Positions 44,209-53,334 of a stretch of DNA of 64,000 nucleotides are shown here, piece after piece. Every line of letters starts with the position of its first letter. Within the stretch, counting starts at the first letter, position 1. The notes under the pieces are model-generated. The model saw nothing but the letters and a program-made list of their open reading frames with translations. It had not been told where the DNA came from and made no database searches. Position numbers and translations under genes: made by a program. The stretch spans positions 17,045-81,044 of the forward strand of contig JAZKBG010000005.1 of NCBI GenBank assembly GCA_040388765.1, in the 5' to 3' direction. The DNA is from Pseudomonadota bacterium (GTDB taxonomy: Bacteria; Pseudomonadota; Alphaproteobacteria; Sphingomonadales; Sphingomonadaceae).

Positions 44209-45794
44209 TCGTTCTCTCCTGGTGGCTGCTGCTCCGCCGCAAGGCCTGCAAGCGTCTTGCGGCAGATCTTGTTCGCAGGAGTCTTGGGGATCGCGTCCAT
44301 CAGCGTCACCGAACGCGGCCGCTTGTACGCGACCAGATGGGCGGCGCAGTAATCCGCGAGGGCGGTGGGGCTGGCCGTTGCCCCGTGGCGCAGCCGCGCG
44401 AAGGCCACGGGCACCTCGCCCTTGCGCGCGTCGGACGTCCCCACCACCGCCGCTTCGGCGACAGCGGGATGGCGCGCCAGCACTTCCTCTATCTCGCGCG
44501 GGTAGACGTTGAAGCCACCGACGATCAGCATGTCCTTGGTCCGGTCGACCAGCCGGAGATAGCCGTCGGCGTCGAACACGCCGACATCTCCGGTGTACAG
44601 CCAGCCATCCGCCCGCCCCGCGCCCTGCCCGCGATAGGCGTGGACGACGCGCGATCCACGGACGCGGATCTCGCCCAGTTGGCCCGTCGGCACCGCGCGC
44701 TCCGGATCGTCGAGCGCCGCGATCGAAACCTCGAGCCCTGGCAGCGGGCACCCGACGGTGCCGAACCTGTGGGTGCCGTCGGTCGGGTTGGCGCAGATTG
44801 GCCCGCCTTCGGTCATGCCGAAGGCTTCGAGGATCGGAACCCCAGTTCGCGCATACCAGGCGGTCAGCGTCTCCATCAGGAACGGCGATCCGCCGCCGGG
44901 ACAGATGCGCAGCGACGACAGGTCGGTGCGATCGATTCCCGCTGCGGTAAGGAGGCCGACATAGATCGCGGCAGGCCCGCCGCTGAACACCGTCACCCGG
45001 TGCCGTTCCAGCGCGGCAAGGACCAGATCGGGCTGGTAGCGGGATATGATCACCACGGGGCTGCGGCAATAGACGGGATTGAGACACCCCATCAGCGAAC
45101 CCCAGACGTGGAACACCGGCGCGACATTCAGCCACACCTCTTGGTCGATGCGGGTCGGCCACGCCTGATGCATCCCGTGGACTATCTCGACCAGGGTGCC
45201 GTGGGGGCGATCGACGCCCTTCGGCACGCCAGTGGTGCCGCCGGTGAAAAGCAAGGTGGCCAGATCGCCGCGGTCGATCCTCACCGCCGGCCGCGTGGCG
45301 GCCTGCGCCACCAGTGCCGGTGTTGACAGGTCGCCTTCGCCGACCACCAGCAGGTGGTCAATGCTGTGCGCAGCGGCGATCCCGCGCGCCGCCCGCGCGC
45401 CGCCGACCCCGGCAATGATGACCTTGGGCCGGGCGATGTCGAAGAGCGGCGCCAGTTCATCCGCGCCATAGCCCGGATTGAGCAGCGCGACCTGCGCGCC
45501 GGCGGCCAGCGCCGCGTAGATCGCGACGTTCGCCTCGATCGAATTCGGCACCAGGATCGCGACCCGCTCCCCTGCCACGCCGATCGCCACCAGCCGCGCC
45601 GCCAGGGCCGCGACCGCGGCGCCATAGTCGCGGTAGCTCAGCGTCCGCTCGCCATCGATCAGGGCGATGCGGTCGCCCGCCGCGTCGACCGCCTCCCAGA
45701 ACATGTCGACGACCGTCGCGAAGTCGGCGCGGCCGAACGCCGCGTCGTCATCCGCAGGCGACGGCCCGCCACCCGCCTGCGTCACGCCGTTCAT
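44205..45794 (-). CDS. AMP-dependent acyl-CoA synthetase/ligase, translationally coupled to the dioxygenase beta subunit
   Basis: 529 aa. [13 protein letters not shown] motif. ATGA overlap with the upstream beta-subunit gene. Confidence 0.85.
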   Translation of the reverse strand: MNGVTQAGGGPSPADDDAAFGRADFATVVDMFWEAVDAAGDRIALIDGERTLSYRDYGAAVAALAARLVAIGVAGERVAILVPNSIEANVAIYAALAAGAQVALLNPGYGADELAPLFDIARPKVIIAGVGGARAARGIAAAHSIDHLLVVGEGDLSTPALVAQAATRPAVRIDRGDLATLLFTGGTTGVPKGVDRPHGTLVEIVHGMHQAWPTRIDQEVWLNVAPVFHVWGSLMGCLNPVYCRSPVVIISRYQPDLVLAALERHRVTVFSGGPAAIYVGLLTAAGIDRTDLSSLRICPGGGSPFLMETLTAWYARTGVPILEAFGMTEGGPICANPTDGTHRFGTVGCPLPGLEVSIAALDDPERAVPTGQLGEIRVRGSRVVHAYRGQGAGRADGWLYTGDVGVFDADGYLRLVDRTKDMLIVGGFNVYPREIEEVLARHPAVAEAAVVGTSDARKGEVPVAFARLRHGATASPTALADYCAAHLVAYKRPRSVTLMDAIPKTPANKICRKTLAGLAAEQQPPGENE

Positions 45795-46333
45795 AAGAAC
45801 GTATTGATGTTCTTTGCCTGCAACACCGTCTGTTGCAGGCGGATGAGCCGACGCGCGAGCTTCAACGCTCCGGTCCCGTCACGGCGGACGAGGTCCTGGC
45901 GGCGGGCTGTCAGCGTCTGCTCTTCTGTCTCGTTGCGGTGCCGTAGATTGTGGACGAGCGAGTGGACCACCCATTCGTTCGGCAGCGCCGTCGCCTCCAC
46001 CTCGACGTTGCCGACCATGTGGAAGTGCCGGGTGGGCGGGTCCTCCGCCCAGGCGGTGGTCTGCTTGGCGCGATCGACGCGCTTGGTCAGATAATCCAGG
46101 TCGTCGTCGAAAAACGCCATCCGCGTCCGGCTGAGCGCGTCCGCCCTGTCTGCGCGGTAGCGGGCCTGGATCCCGGGCATCCAGTAATGGATGTCGGGCG
46201 CCATCATCGCCAGCCACTCGTCATAGCGCTCCGCGTCGAGAAGCCGCGCCTCGCGATAGAGGAACTGCTCGATCTCGAACGCCAGGTCGCGGTCGACGCG
46301 GGCGGCCCCCGCATTGCCTTCGATGCCGCTCAT
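45791..46333 (-). CDS. Aromatic ring-hydroxylating dioxygenase, beta (small) subunit
   Basis: 180 aa. IEQFLYREARLLDAERYDEWLAMMAPDIHYWMP is typical of the SnoaL-like beta-subunit fold. Confidence 0.85.
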   Translation of the reverse strand: MSGIEGNAGAARVDRDLAFEIEQFLYREARLLDAERYDEWLAMMAPDIHYWMPGIQARYRADRADALSRTRMAFFDDDLDYLTKRVDRAKQTTAWAEDPPTRHFHMVGNVEVEATALPNEWVVHSLVHNLRHRNETEEQTLTARRQDLVRRDGTGALKLARRLIRLQQTVLQAKNINTFL

Positions 46334-47691
46334 CGTGCCGGCACGTCCGACCAGCGGGGTGCGGTCATAAGGTCACTCCAGCGCTGATAGAAAGCGCGGT
46401 GGTTGGCCTCGTTCACCTGATTGCGGTGCACATGCCCCTTCAGTTCGGGGTGGTCGACCTCCGATCCGAGGCCAAGGCCGGTATGCAGCTTGCGACGGCG
46501 CGTGACCACGCCCGCGTTCGACGCGGTGCAATGCTCGAAATTCTCCCCGTCATCCATCTCGAAGATCCCCGCCGGCGAGAACGTTAGCATGACGCCACGC
46601 CGGTATTTTTCCCTCAGGCTGTCCGGCGCGTTGCGATTGAGGAACACCCAGGTGTGAAGCTCGGTCTCGCTCGGGCCTTTCGGATTCCAGGTGCGGAAGG
46701 TGTTGTGCCCGGCAAGGAAGGACAGGTTGGGGAATACCGTTGCGGAGCTCAGCGAGGCAACCATTCGGCTCCGCATCTTGCCGAGGCGTTCGGCGAACTT
46801 TGCTTCGTTCTCGCGCAGATAGTCAACGATCTCCGGCTCGCACAGAGTCGCGGCGTTGCCGATGAAGTCGAGTCCGAACTCCCAGCCATGCCCATTGGCG
46901 TTGACCTGGAACGATCGATCCGCCTTCATTGTCGGCGCGCCGCCGAACAGCGCCTGCAATGCGGAGCTGTGCGTCCAGGTCGCATGGTACGCGTCGCCGA
47001 CGAAGTTTTCGGCCGGGAACTTCCAGTTACATTTGAGCCGCGACTTGATGTTGCCGTCGATGAACTCGATCCCGCCCTCATCGTTGTCGAGCAGCACGTC
47101 GAGATACCAGCGGAAGTCGCCAAGATAATCCGCGAGCGAAGGCGCCTCCGGATCGAAACAGGCAAAGTGCATGCCCCCATAGCTCTCGACCCGCGCATTA
47201 TGCAGCCCGAGCTTGCTGCGGTCGAAGCTGGGGTTGTCCTTGTAAAGTTCCTCGGCCGTCACCCCGGACAGCGACCCGTCCAGCGCATAGGACCAGCCAT
47301 GGAAGTTGCAGGTGAACCGTCGCGCGCTGCCTGCCTCGGCGAAGCACACGCGGTTGCCGCGGTGGCTGCACGAATTGATGAAGGCATGCACCCGGCGGTC
47401 GCGGGCCCGCGCGACGATGACCGCGTCCTCACCCACATAGGTCGTAACGAAATCGCCGACCTCCGGGATCTGGCTGTCATGCGCCACGAAGATCCAGCAG
47501 CGCGCGAAGATACGTTCCATCTCCAGCGCATAGACCTGGGGATCCCAGAAGATCCGCCGATCGATCCAGCCCTGTTCGCCGTCGACCATCGCCCGTATCG
47601 TCGCGGCATCGAGCGGTGCGGAATCCGGGGCCGGCGCCCGGTCGCGCGGCAGCTCCGCCGGCGTAATGCCCTGCCCTAGCGGCGTGGTCAT
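46330..47691 (-). CDS. Aromatic ring-hydroxylating dioxygenase, alpha (large, Rieske) subunit
   Basis: Rieske motif CSHRGNRVC...CNFHGW and mononuclear iron motif ENFVGDAYHATWTH. Start placed at ATG comp(47689..47691), which forms an ATGA overlap with the upstream gene (the tracked ORF begins 17 codons earlier). Confidence 0.88.
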   Translation of the reverse strand: MTTPLGQGITPAELPRDRAPAPDSAPLDAATIRAMVDGEQGWIDRRIFWDPQVYALEMERIFARCWIFVAHDSQIPEVGDFVTTYVGEDAVIVARARDRRVHAFINSCSHRGNRVCFAEAGSARRFTCNFHGWSYALDGSLSGVTAEELYKDNPSFDRSKLGLHNARVESYGGMHFACFDPEAPSLADYLGDFRWYLDVLLDNDEGGIEFIDGNIKSRLKCNWKFPAENFVGDAYHATWTHSSALQALFGGAPTMKADRSFQVNANGHGWEFGLDFIGNAATLCEPEIVDYLRENEAKFAERLGKMRSRMVASLSSATVFPNLSFLAGHNTFRTWNPKGPSETELHTWVFLNRNAPDSLREKYRRGVMLTFSPAGIFEMDDGENFEHCTASNAGVVTRRRKLHTGLGLGSEVDHPELKGHVHRNQVNEANHRAFYQRWSDLMTAPRWSDVPAR

Positions 47692-48512
47692 TCCGCCGGT
47701 CTCATCTGAGCGAAACCCAGGCCGGTCACTGCACCCTCCCACGCGTCATAGGCGATCACCTCGCCCGAGCCGCCGGGCATCGCGCCCATCACGGCCAGGA
47801 AATGCCGTATCTCCATCGCGCCATTGCCTCCTTCGCGCAGGATTTCCTCGTCGGTCAGAGCGAGCAGCGAGTCCGCGTCGCCCGCGACTATGGCATCGAG
47901 CACCATTCGATCGAACGCCGGGTTGGTACGTCCCATCTCGCCCGTGCCGACCCAGTGGCTGATGCCGCCGCTACCCAGCACCACGACGCGCTCTTCGTCG
48001 TTCGCGGCCTCGACAGCAGCCTTCACCATCGCGCCGAATGCGTAAGCGCGGCGCAGCCGCAGGTATGGCGCGACGCCGCTTGCCATATAAACCGCCACCG
48101 TCTTCACCGAGCCGTCCTCCGGCAGGCAGAGGTGGGCCGGCGCCCCGATGGCGTGATCCACGCCGAGCGACCGCGCGACCGCCAGATCGAACCCGACATC
48201 CTGGGCATAATCGAAGATATACCCGGCAAGCGCGGCATTGTGCGGGATCGGACGGCCGGGCAGTCCCGGCAGCTGGTCCACAGGCCCATCGAGCTCACCC
48301 AGGCAGATCAGGATCTGCGGCAGGCATTTCGGGGTGAACAGGATGTAATGATCGGCGCCGACGATCACTGCGGAGGTCGCCCCGAGCGCAACGATACGGC
48401 GCCGGATTTCGACATACGCGTCCATCAGGTGGCTGTTGTCCAGCTTTTTGGGATTAATGAAGACCGTTGGATCGTGCGGCATCATGAAGCCGCCCACTAT
48501 CTTGCCCATCAT
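47688..48512 (-). CDS. Class III extradiol dioxygenase, catalytic (LigB/CarBb-like) subunit
   Basis: 274 aa. GADHYILF, LGVDHAIG and LGSGGISHWVG motifs of the LigB superfamily. Confidence 0.8.
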   Translation of the reverse strand: MMGKIVGGFMMPHDPTVFINPKKLDNSHLMDAYVEIRRRIVALGATSAVIVGADHYILFTPKCLPQILICLGELDGPVDQLPGLPGRPIPHNAALAGYIFDYAQDVGFDLAVARSLGVDHAIGAPAHLCLPEDGSVKTVAVYMASGVAPYLRLRRAYAFGAMVKAAVEAANDEERVVVLGSGGISHWVGTGEMGRTNPAFDRMVLDAIVAGDADSLLALTDEEILREGGNGAMEIRHFLAVMGAMPGGSGEVIAYDAWEGAVTGLGFAQMRPAE

Positions 48513-48793
48513 TACTCTCCCGTGCCGAGCGTCGATGCAAGGGTCGGCATCTTGCTCAGATAGTCAACCATCGACGCGGGCCCATGAAAACCCATATAGA
48601 ATCCCAACAGCAACATCGGGTTCAAGCCGCGCCTGAAGAGTTCAGCGACGTCCATCTCACGAATAAGGGCCTTCTCCTCGTCGCTCAGCGCGTAGCGCGT
48701 CAGGAAGGCCTCAGGCTCGGCGGAATAACCCTTGCGCACCCGCCCCGAATTACCGAGGTCGAAGATACATTGCTCGACAGCGTTGATGCTCAT
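48512..48793 (-). CDS. Small (LigA/CarBa-like) subunit of the two-subunit extradiol dioxygenase
   Basis: About 93 aa from ATG comp(48791..48793) (MSINAVEQCIFDL...LSDEEKALIREMDVAELFRRGLNPMLL), resembling the LigA domain. ATGA overlap upstream and TAATG overlap downstream. Confidence 0.65.
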   Translation of the reverse strand: MSINAVEQCIFDLGNSGRVRKGYSAEPEAFLTRYALSDEEKALIREMDVAELFRRGLNPMLLLGFYMGFHGPASMVDYLSKMPTLASTLGTGE

Positions 48794-49626
48794 TGCGGCG
48801 ACTCCGTCATGGCAAGGAACATGGCGACTTGAGCCAAGAATTCCTCCTCGCGCTCGACCTGCACCCAGTGGCCGCACTGACCGAAGACATGCAACTGCGA
48901 CTTTGCAATGTGGCGATGCGCCCGAATGGCGACGTCAAGCGGGATCATGCGATCCTCCCGACCGTGCAGGATCAGCGTCGGTACGTCGATTGCCTCCAGT
49001 TGCTCAAGCGGGACACCGCGTACCGTCGCACGCCTCCCGTCCGTCGGACGGGGCTGAAGCTCGCGTATCGTCTCAAGCCCGGCGTTGTGCTGAGCCACTG
49101 CGAAACGCGCAGCGATCATTTCGTCGCTCACGATCGCGGGATCGAAGGGAAAGCGGCGCATCATTGCGCCCATATTCTCTAAGCTGGGTTCGAAAGCGTA
49201 ACTGTCCGCCAGGCCGACGGTTTGCTCGAACTCGCCTGCGGGCGTCCCCATGAGCACCAAAGCGCGGACACGATCCGCATGGCGCGCCATCATGGCCAGC
49301 GACAGGGCGCCGCCGAAGCTGTTGCCAACCAGCGTCGCCTCCTCGATCTCGAGCGCATCAAGGATGCCAACGAGGTGCGCCAGCCATAGCTTGATGCCAG
49401 GCTTCTCACCCTCGGGCTTGGGGCTGAAGCCGAAACCTACAATGTCGGGAGCTATGACACGATAGCGCTCCGCCAGTCGGGGGATGATTCGCTGCCAGTT
49501 CTGCCAGGCCGTCACACCCGGCCCGGAGCCGTGCAGCAACACGACCGCGCGACCGGCGCCTGCTTCGTGATAGTTGGTGGTCACGCCACCAATCGTAATG
49601 GTGCGGCCAATGTCGGGAAGTACCAT
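48790..49626 (-). CDS. Meta-cleavage product hydrolase (BphD/CarC/TodF-like alpha/beta hydrolase)
   Basis: 278 aa. VVLLHGSGPGVTAWQNW, nucleophile GNSFGG, C-terminal QCGHWVQVE. Confidence 0.85.
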   Translation of the reverse strand: MVLPDIGRTITIGGVTTNYHEAGAGRAVVLLHGSGPGVTAWQNWQRIIPRLAERYRVIAPDIVGFGFSPKPEGEKPGIKLWLAHLVGILDALEIEEATLVGNSFGGALSLAMMARHADRVRALVLMGTPAGEFEQTVGLADSYAFEPSLENMGAMMRRFPFDPAIVSDEMIAARFAVAQHNAGLETIRELQPRPTDGRRATVRGVPLEQLEAIDVPTLILHGREDRMIPLDVAIRAHRHIAKSQLHVFGQCGHWVQVEREEEFLAQVAMFLAMTESPQ

Positions 49627-49768
49627 GGCAACGCCTCTCCATACTTTATGGTATTGTGCCTAGCATCGCTAAATTTCCAAGTCAATCTGACTGAAAGGGT
49701 TTTATTCGCAGCGCCGGACATTGCCACAGACAATACCAATGCGTATGTTGATCGGCAGGAGGATGCGC

Positions 49769-50554
49769 ATGGGGTGGCTTGAAGGACAGGTGGCGATCGT
49801 CACCGGTGCCGCGTCTGGCATCGGTCGAGCGGTAGCTGTGCGATTTGTGGCTGAGGGAGCGCGCGTAGTCGCTGTTGACCGCGCCGAGAGAGCGCTCGCG
49901 ACGCTGCGGGCAGAGCTCGGTTCGGCCTGCACGTCGGTGGCGGGCGACGCCTCGCTCCCGGACGCCAACGCTCGCGCTGTAGCCGCCGCAATCACCAGCT
50001 TCGGGCGCGTCGACACCGTCATCTCGAACGTCGGAGTATTCGATTGGCACAAGCGGCTCGACCGTCTTTCGCCCGAGGACTGCATGGCCGCGTACGACGA
50101 GATGTTCGCAATTAACGTGCGGTCGCACGCGTTGATGGCTCGCGAAGCATACCCGCATTTGAAGGAGGTCCGAGGCAGCCTTGTGATGACCTGCTCCACG
50201 GCCAGTTTCCGCGGAGGTGGTGGCGGCGCGCTGTATACCGCAAGCAAGTTCGCGGTGCGCGGCCTCGTCTATCAGCTTGCCCATGAATGGGCACCCGACG
50301 TACGGGTCAACGCCGTCGCACCGGGCGGCACCGTGACCGGCCTGTCAGGAATCGATTCGTTGGGCAGCGCCGGACGCCGGCTGGAAGATGACGATCGCAT
50401 CGTCGCGGCAGTTGGAGCGGCCACCCCACTGGGATTCGCGGCCGCCCCGGAGGACCATGCCGGCGCCTACGTGCTGCTCGCATCGGCGGATAACTCGCGC
50501 GGCATGACCGGCACCGTCATCGTCAGCGATGGCGGGTTGCTGGCGAGGATCTGA
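49769..50554 (+). CDS. Short-chain dehydrogenase, cis-dihydrodiol dehydrogenase (BphB-like)
   Basis: MGWLEGQVAIVTGAASGIGRAVAVRFVAEGARVVAVDR resembles the BphB N-terminus. YTASKFAVRGL (YxxxK). Start chosen 6 nt after AGGAGG (the tracked ORF starts at 49721). Confidence 0.8.
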   Translation: MGWLEGQVAIVTGAASGIGRAVAVRFVAEGARVVAVDRAERALATLRAELGSACTSVAGDASLPDANARAVAAAITSFGRVDTVISNVGVFDWHKRLDRLSPEDCMAAYDEMFAINVRSHALMAREAYPHLKEVRGSLVMTCSTASFRGGGGGALYTASKFAVRGLVYQLAHEWAPDVRVNAVAPGGTVTGLSGIDSLGSAGRRLEDDDRIVAAVGAATPLGFAAAPEDHAGAYVLLASADNSRGMTGTVIVSDGGLLARI

Positions 50555-50565
50555 CAGGAGGAAGA

Positions 50566-51348
50566 ATGACCGAGGATGCTGTCCACCGTGCCGCGCTGGA
50601 GCTGCGCGAGGCCTATCACACAGGTGCAATCGACCCAGTCGTAGACCGGCTGGTGCCCAACGACCCCATGATTGCCTATCGAATCCAGGAGATCAACACA
50701 GCGCACTGGATCGCCGAGGGCCGGCAACTGGTAGGTCGCAAGATCGGCCTCACCTCACCCGCGGTCCAGGCCCAGCTCGGGGTTGGCGAGCCCGATTTCG
50801 GCATGCTGTTCGCCGACATGGCGGTCGCGCCCGGCGGCGCCTTCGCGGCGGCGAGCGTGTCGCAGCCGCGCGCGGAGGGCGAACTGGCCTTCGGCATCCG
50901 CCGCGCGCTGACTGATGCCGCGGTCGACGAAGCCGCCGTGGGCGATGCGGTCGAGTGGATGGCGCCCGCGATCGAGATCGTCGGCAGCCGCGTCCGAGAC
51001 TGGCAGATCAGGATCGCCGACACCGTCGCCGACAACGCATCCTCCGCGTGCTACGCCATCGGCGACGACCGCCGCCCCTTCGACCGCGCCGTGATCGACG
51101 CCCTGACGATGGAACTCTTCGAGGACGCCGTGCGGGTGTCGCATGGTCCGGCAACCGCCTGCCTGGGCAGCCCGGTGACGGCGCTGGCATGGCTGGCGCG
51201 CAAGATGGTCGAGGTCGGCCGTCCCCTTGCCGCCGGCGACATCGTGCTGTCGGGCGCGTTCGGACCGCTGGCGCCGATGACGGCCGGCCGCCATTACCGG
51301 CTCGCCATGTCCGGTTTCGCCGACCTCGTCGTCGACTGCGCCGATTAA
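50566..51348 (+). CDS. 2-oxopent-4-enoate (2-keto-4-pentenoate) hydratase (MhpD/BphH type)
   Basis: 260 aa. GRKIGLTSPAVQAQLGVGEPDFGMLF and the C-terminal GDIVLSGAFGP are typical of the family. Confidence 0.85.
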   Translation: MTEDAVHRAALELREAYHTGAIDPVVDRLVPNDPMIAYRIQEINTAHWIAEGRQLVGRKIGLTSPAVQAQLGVGEPDFGMLFADMAVAPGGAFAAASVSQPRAEGELAFGIRRALTDAAVDEAAVGDAVEWMAPAIEIVGSRVRDWQIRIADTVADNASSACYAIGDDRRPFDRAVIDALTMELFEDAVRVSHGPATACLGSPVTALAWLARKMVEVGRPLAAGDIVLSGAFGPLAPMTAGRHYRLAMSGFADLVVDCAD

Positions 51349-51847
51349 TCGCTCCGCCGGCTGCCTACAAAACGCGCAGTATCAGAATCCCTCGCACATC
51401 GCTCCATATTCCTGGAATGCCGCTCATCGGAATCTGGAGGGTTATGTGAGGTCGCGCGGCGGTGAGCGACGATCTTAGCGCGGTGGGCGACCTCACAGAA
51501 CCCTTGTCTGGGGATTTGTTTATCAAGCCATCACGCGGCTTCCACTTTTCCTGTTTTTTTTCCCGTTGCCGATTCCGACGATTCGATAGCCCCGCCTGAT
51601 TTGAGGGGATCCGAGGGCAGCCCACCATCGCGCGCACCACATGCGCCGCGATGGTGGGATCCGTGCTGGATCCCGACCATGAAGCATCCATTCGCTTCGG
51701 CGGCAAGGCTCCGAGGCGGCGGGCCCATTCTCCAGACTGCATTGGAGCCAGGTTTCTGTTCGGGTCACCACCACCTCGGATCATCGACGGCCGGTCAGAA
51801 AAACGACTGTACGTCGACCTGCTTGTTTGGTTTCCTCGCAGACCTGC

Positions 51848-53011
51848 TCAGGCCGGCTGTCGCAGCGTGACGCCAACCGGGATTTCGCCGATCGTGACCA
51901 TGCGCCACAACGCGATGAGCAGCTTGCGGGCGAGCGCTACGATCATCTTCGTTTTGCGCGTACCGCTCGGGCCCGACGTTCGCGCCCGGTACCATTGGGC
52001 GAGCGCGCTGTCGTTCTGGAACCGCAGGAAGCGCCATGCGAGCTGGATCAGCCCGCGGCGCACGCGGGCGTTGCCTGTCTTCGCCAATCCCTTCTTGAGT
52101 CGCTTGGAGCCACTTTCGTCAGCCGCGCCGGTGAGCCCCGCATAGCGGGCCACCGCTTGTCGGTCGCGCAGGTTGAGGGATAGCACCTCCTGCACCAGCA
52201 TGTCGGCGGTCTCGACGCCAATGCCAATGACGCTGACGATCAAACGCACCATCGCATGTGGCTCCGTCGCGGGGGCCTGCTCCAGACGCGCGAGGCGTGC
52301 CTCCTCGATCACCTTGATCTGCTCGCGGATCATGGTGAGTCGAGCCATATCGCGCCGCAGTTGGTCAATCGTGTTCGGTGGCAGCGGTACACCGTCCGGT
52401 GTCCGCAGCGCGTCAAGGCGCTCGACCGCTCTGCGCAATTTGGGATTGAATCCACGGATCCCGAGCCACGCCAGGATCGCCTTGATGCGGTTGATGATCC
52501 GCGTGCGCTCGCCCACCAGACTTTCCCGCTCCACGGCTCGGGCGTCTGACATCCTCTTCCTCGAGTGTCGGGATCACGACCATCCCACAATGCCAGCGCT
52601 CGCCGCGCAACCAGCCCAGGAAAACGCGCGTCAGCATCGCCGTGTCCAACCGGTCGGTCTTCGCACGGCGATGCTCGCGCGACACCGCAACGCTGGTCGA
52701 ATGGATGACATGCACCTCGATGTCGCGTGCCCGCAGCCACCGCGCCAGCCAGAACCCGTCGCGTGCCGCCCCAAAGGCCAGCGCGACCCGCTTGATCGTC
52801 CTGCCCGCCTTCACAGCCTCTTCACGCCAATGTTCCACTAGGCGCAGCAGCGCGGCTGGATCCGGTTCCAGCTTCTTCAGGGGCTGGCGGTCGAGACCGG
52901 GAACCTGTCCCGCCACAGCCAGCTCGATTCACTCATTTCGACAACGACCGTCACGCTGCTATTCTGCTCAAACGAGACAAGCGAACGGCTCAAATCGTTA
53001 ACCTGGATCAT
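51848..53011 (-). pseudogene. IS110-family transposase, inactivated by two single-nucleotide frameshifts
   Basis: MIQVNDLSRSLVSFEQNSSVTVVVEMSESSWL / (V)AGQVPGLDRQPLKKL...IPTLEEEDVRRPSR / ERESLVGERTRIINRIKAIL...ALARKLLIALWRM. Three frames must be spliced: a missing G near 52917 and an extra G near 52521. Confidence 0.75.
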
Positions 53012-53334
53012 GGGGCACCTCTCTGTCGCTTCTATCGACGACGATGGTGCCATACCGCCGCCGCTCGCCCCATAGCGTCTCCAGATTCCGACGTCGGCGC
53101 GATCGCGGTTCCGGTACGCAGCGATGGGCGGGTCCCGGGCCCCATCAATATCATCTTCTTTCGGCGCGTCGAGGCGCCCGGAGAAATCGCCGAGCGGCAT
53201 TTGGCGGATCTCCTGTCCAGCGCCGCCGCGATCGAAGCGCGCTTCGTCTCCGATGCACCGGACGACGAGTGCAGGCCGCCGGCGCCTCAACTACGGCGGC
53301 CCCGACTTTAAGATCGGCGATCTCCGGCGGCCGA

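Noticed and set aside
44209-45162. 318-codon extension making the acetaldehyde dehydrogenase a 630-aa protein
   Set aside because: It overlaps the CoA ligase gene out of frame. The conserved N-terminus (V)[14 protein letters not shown] begins at GTG 44208, preceded by AGGAGA.
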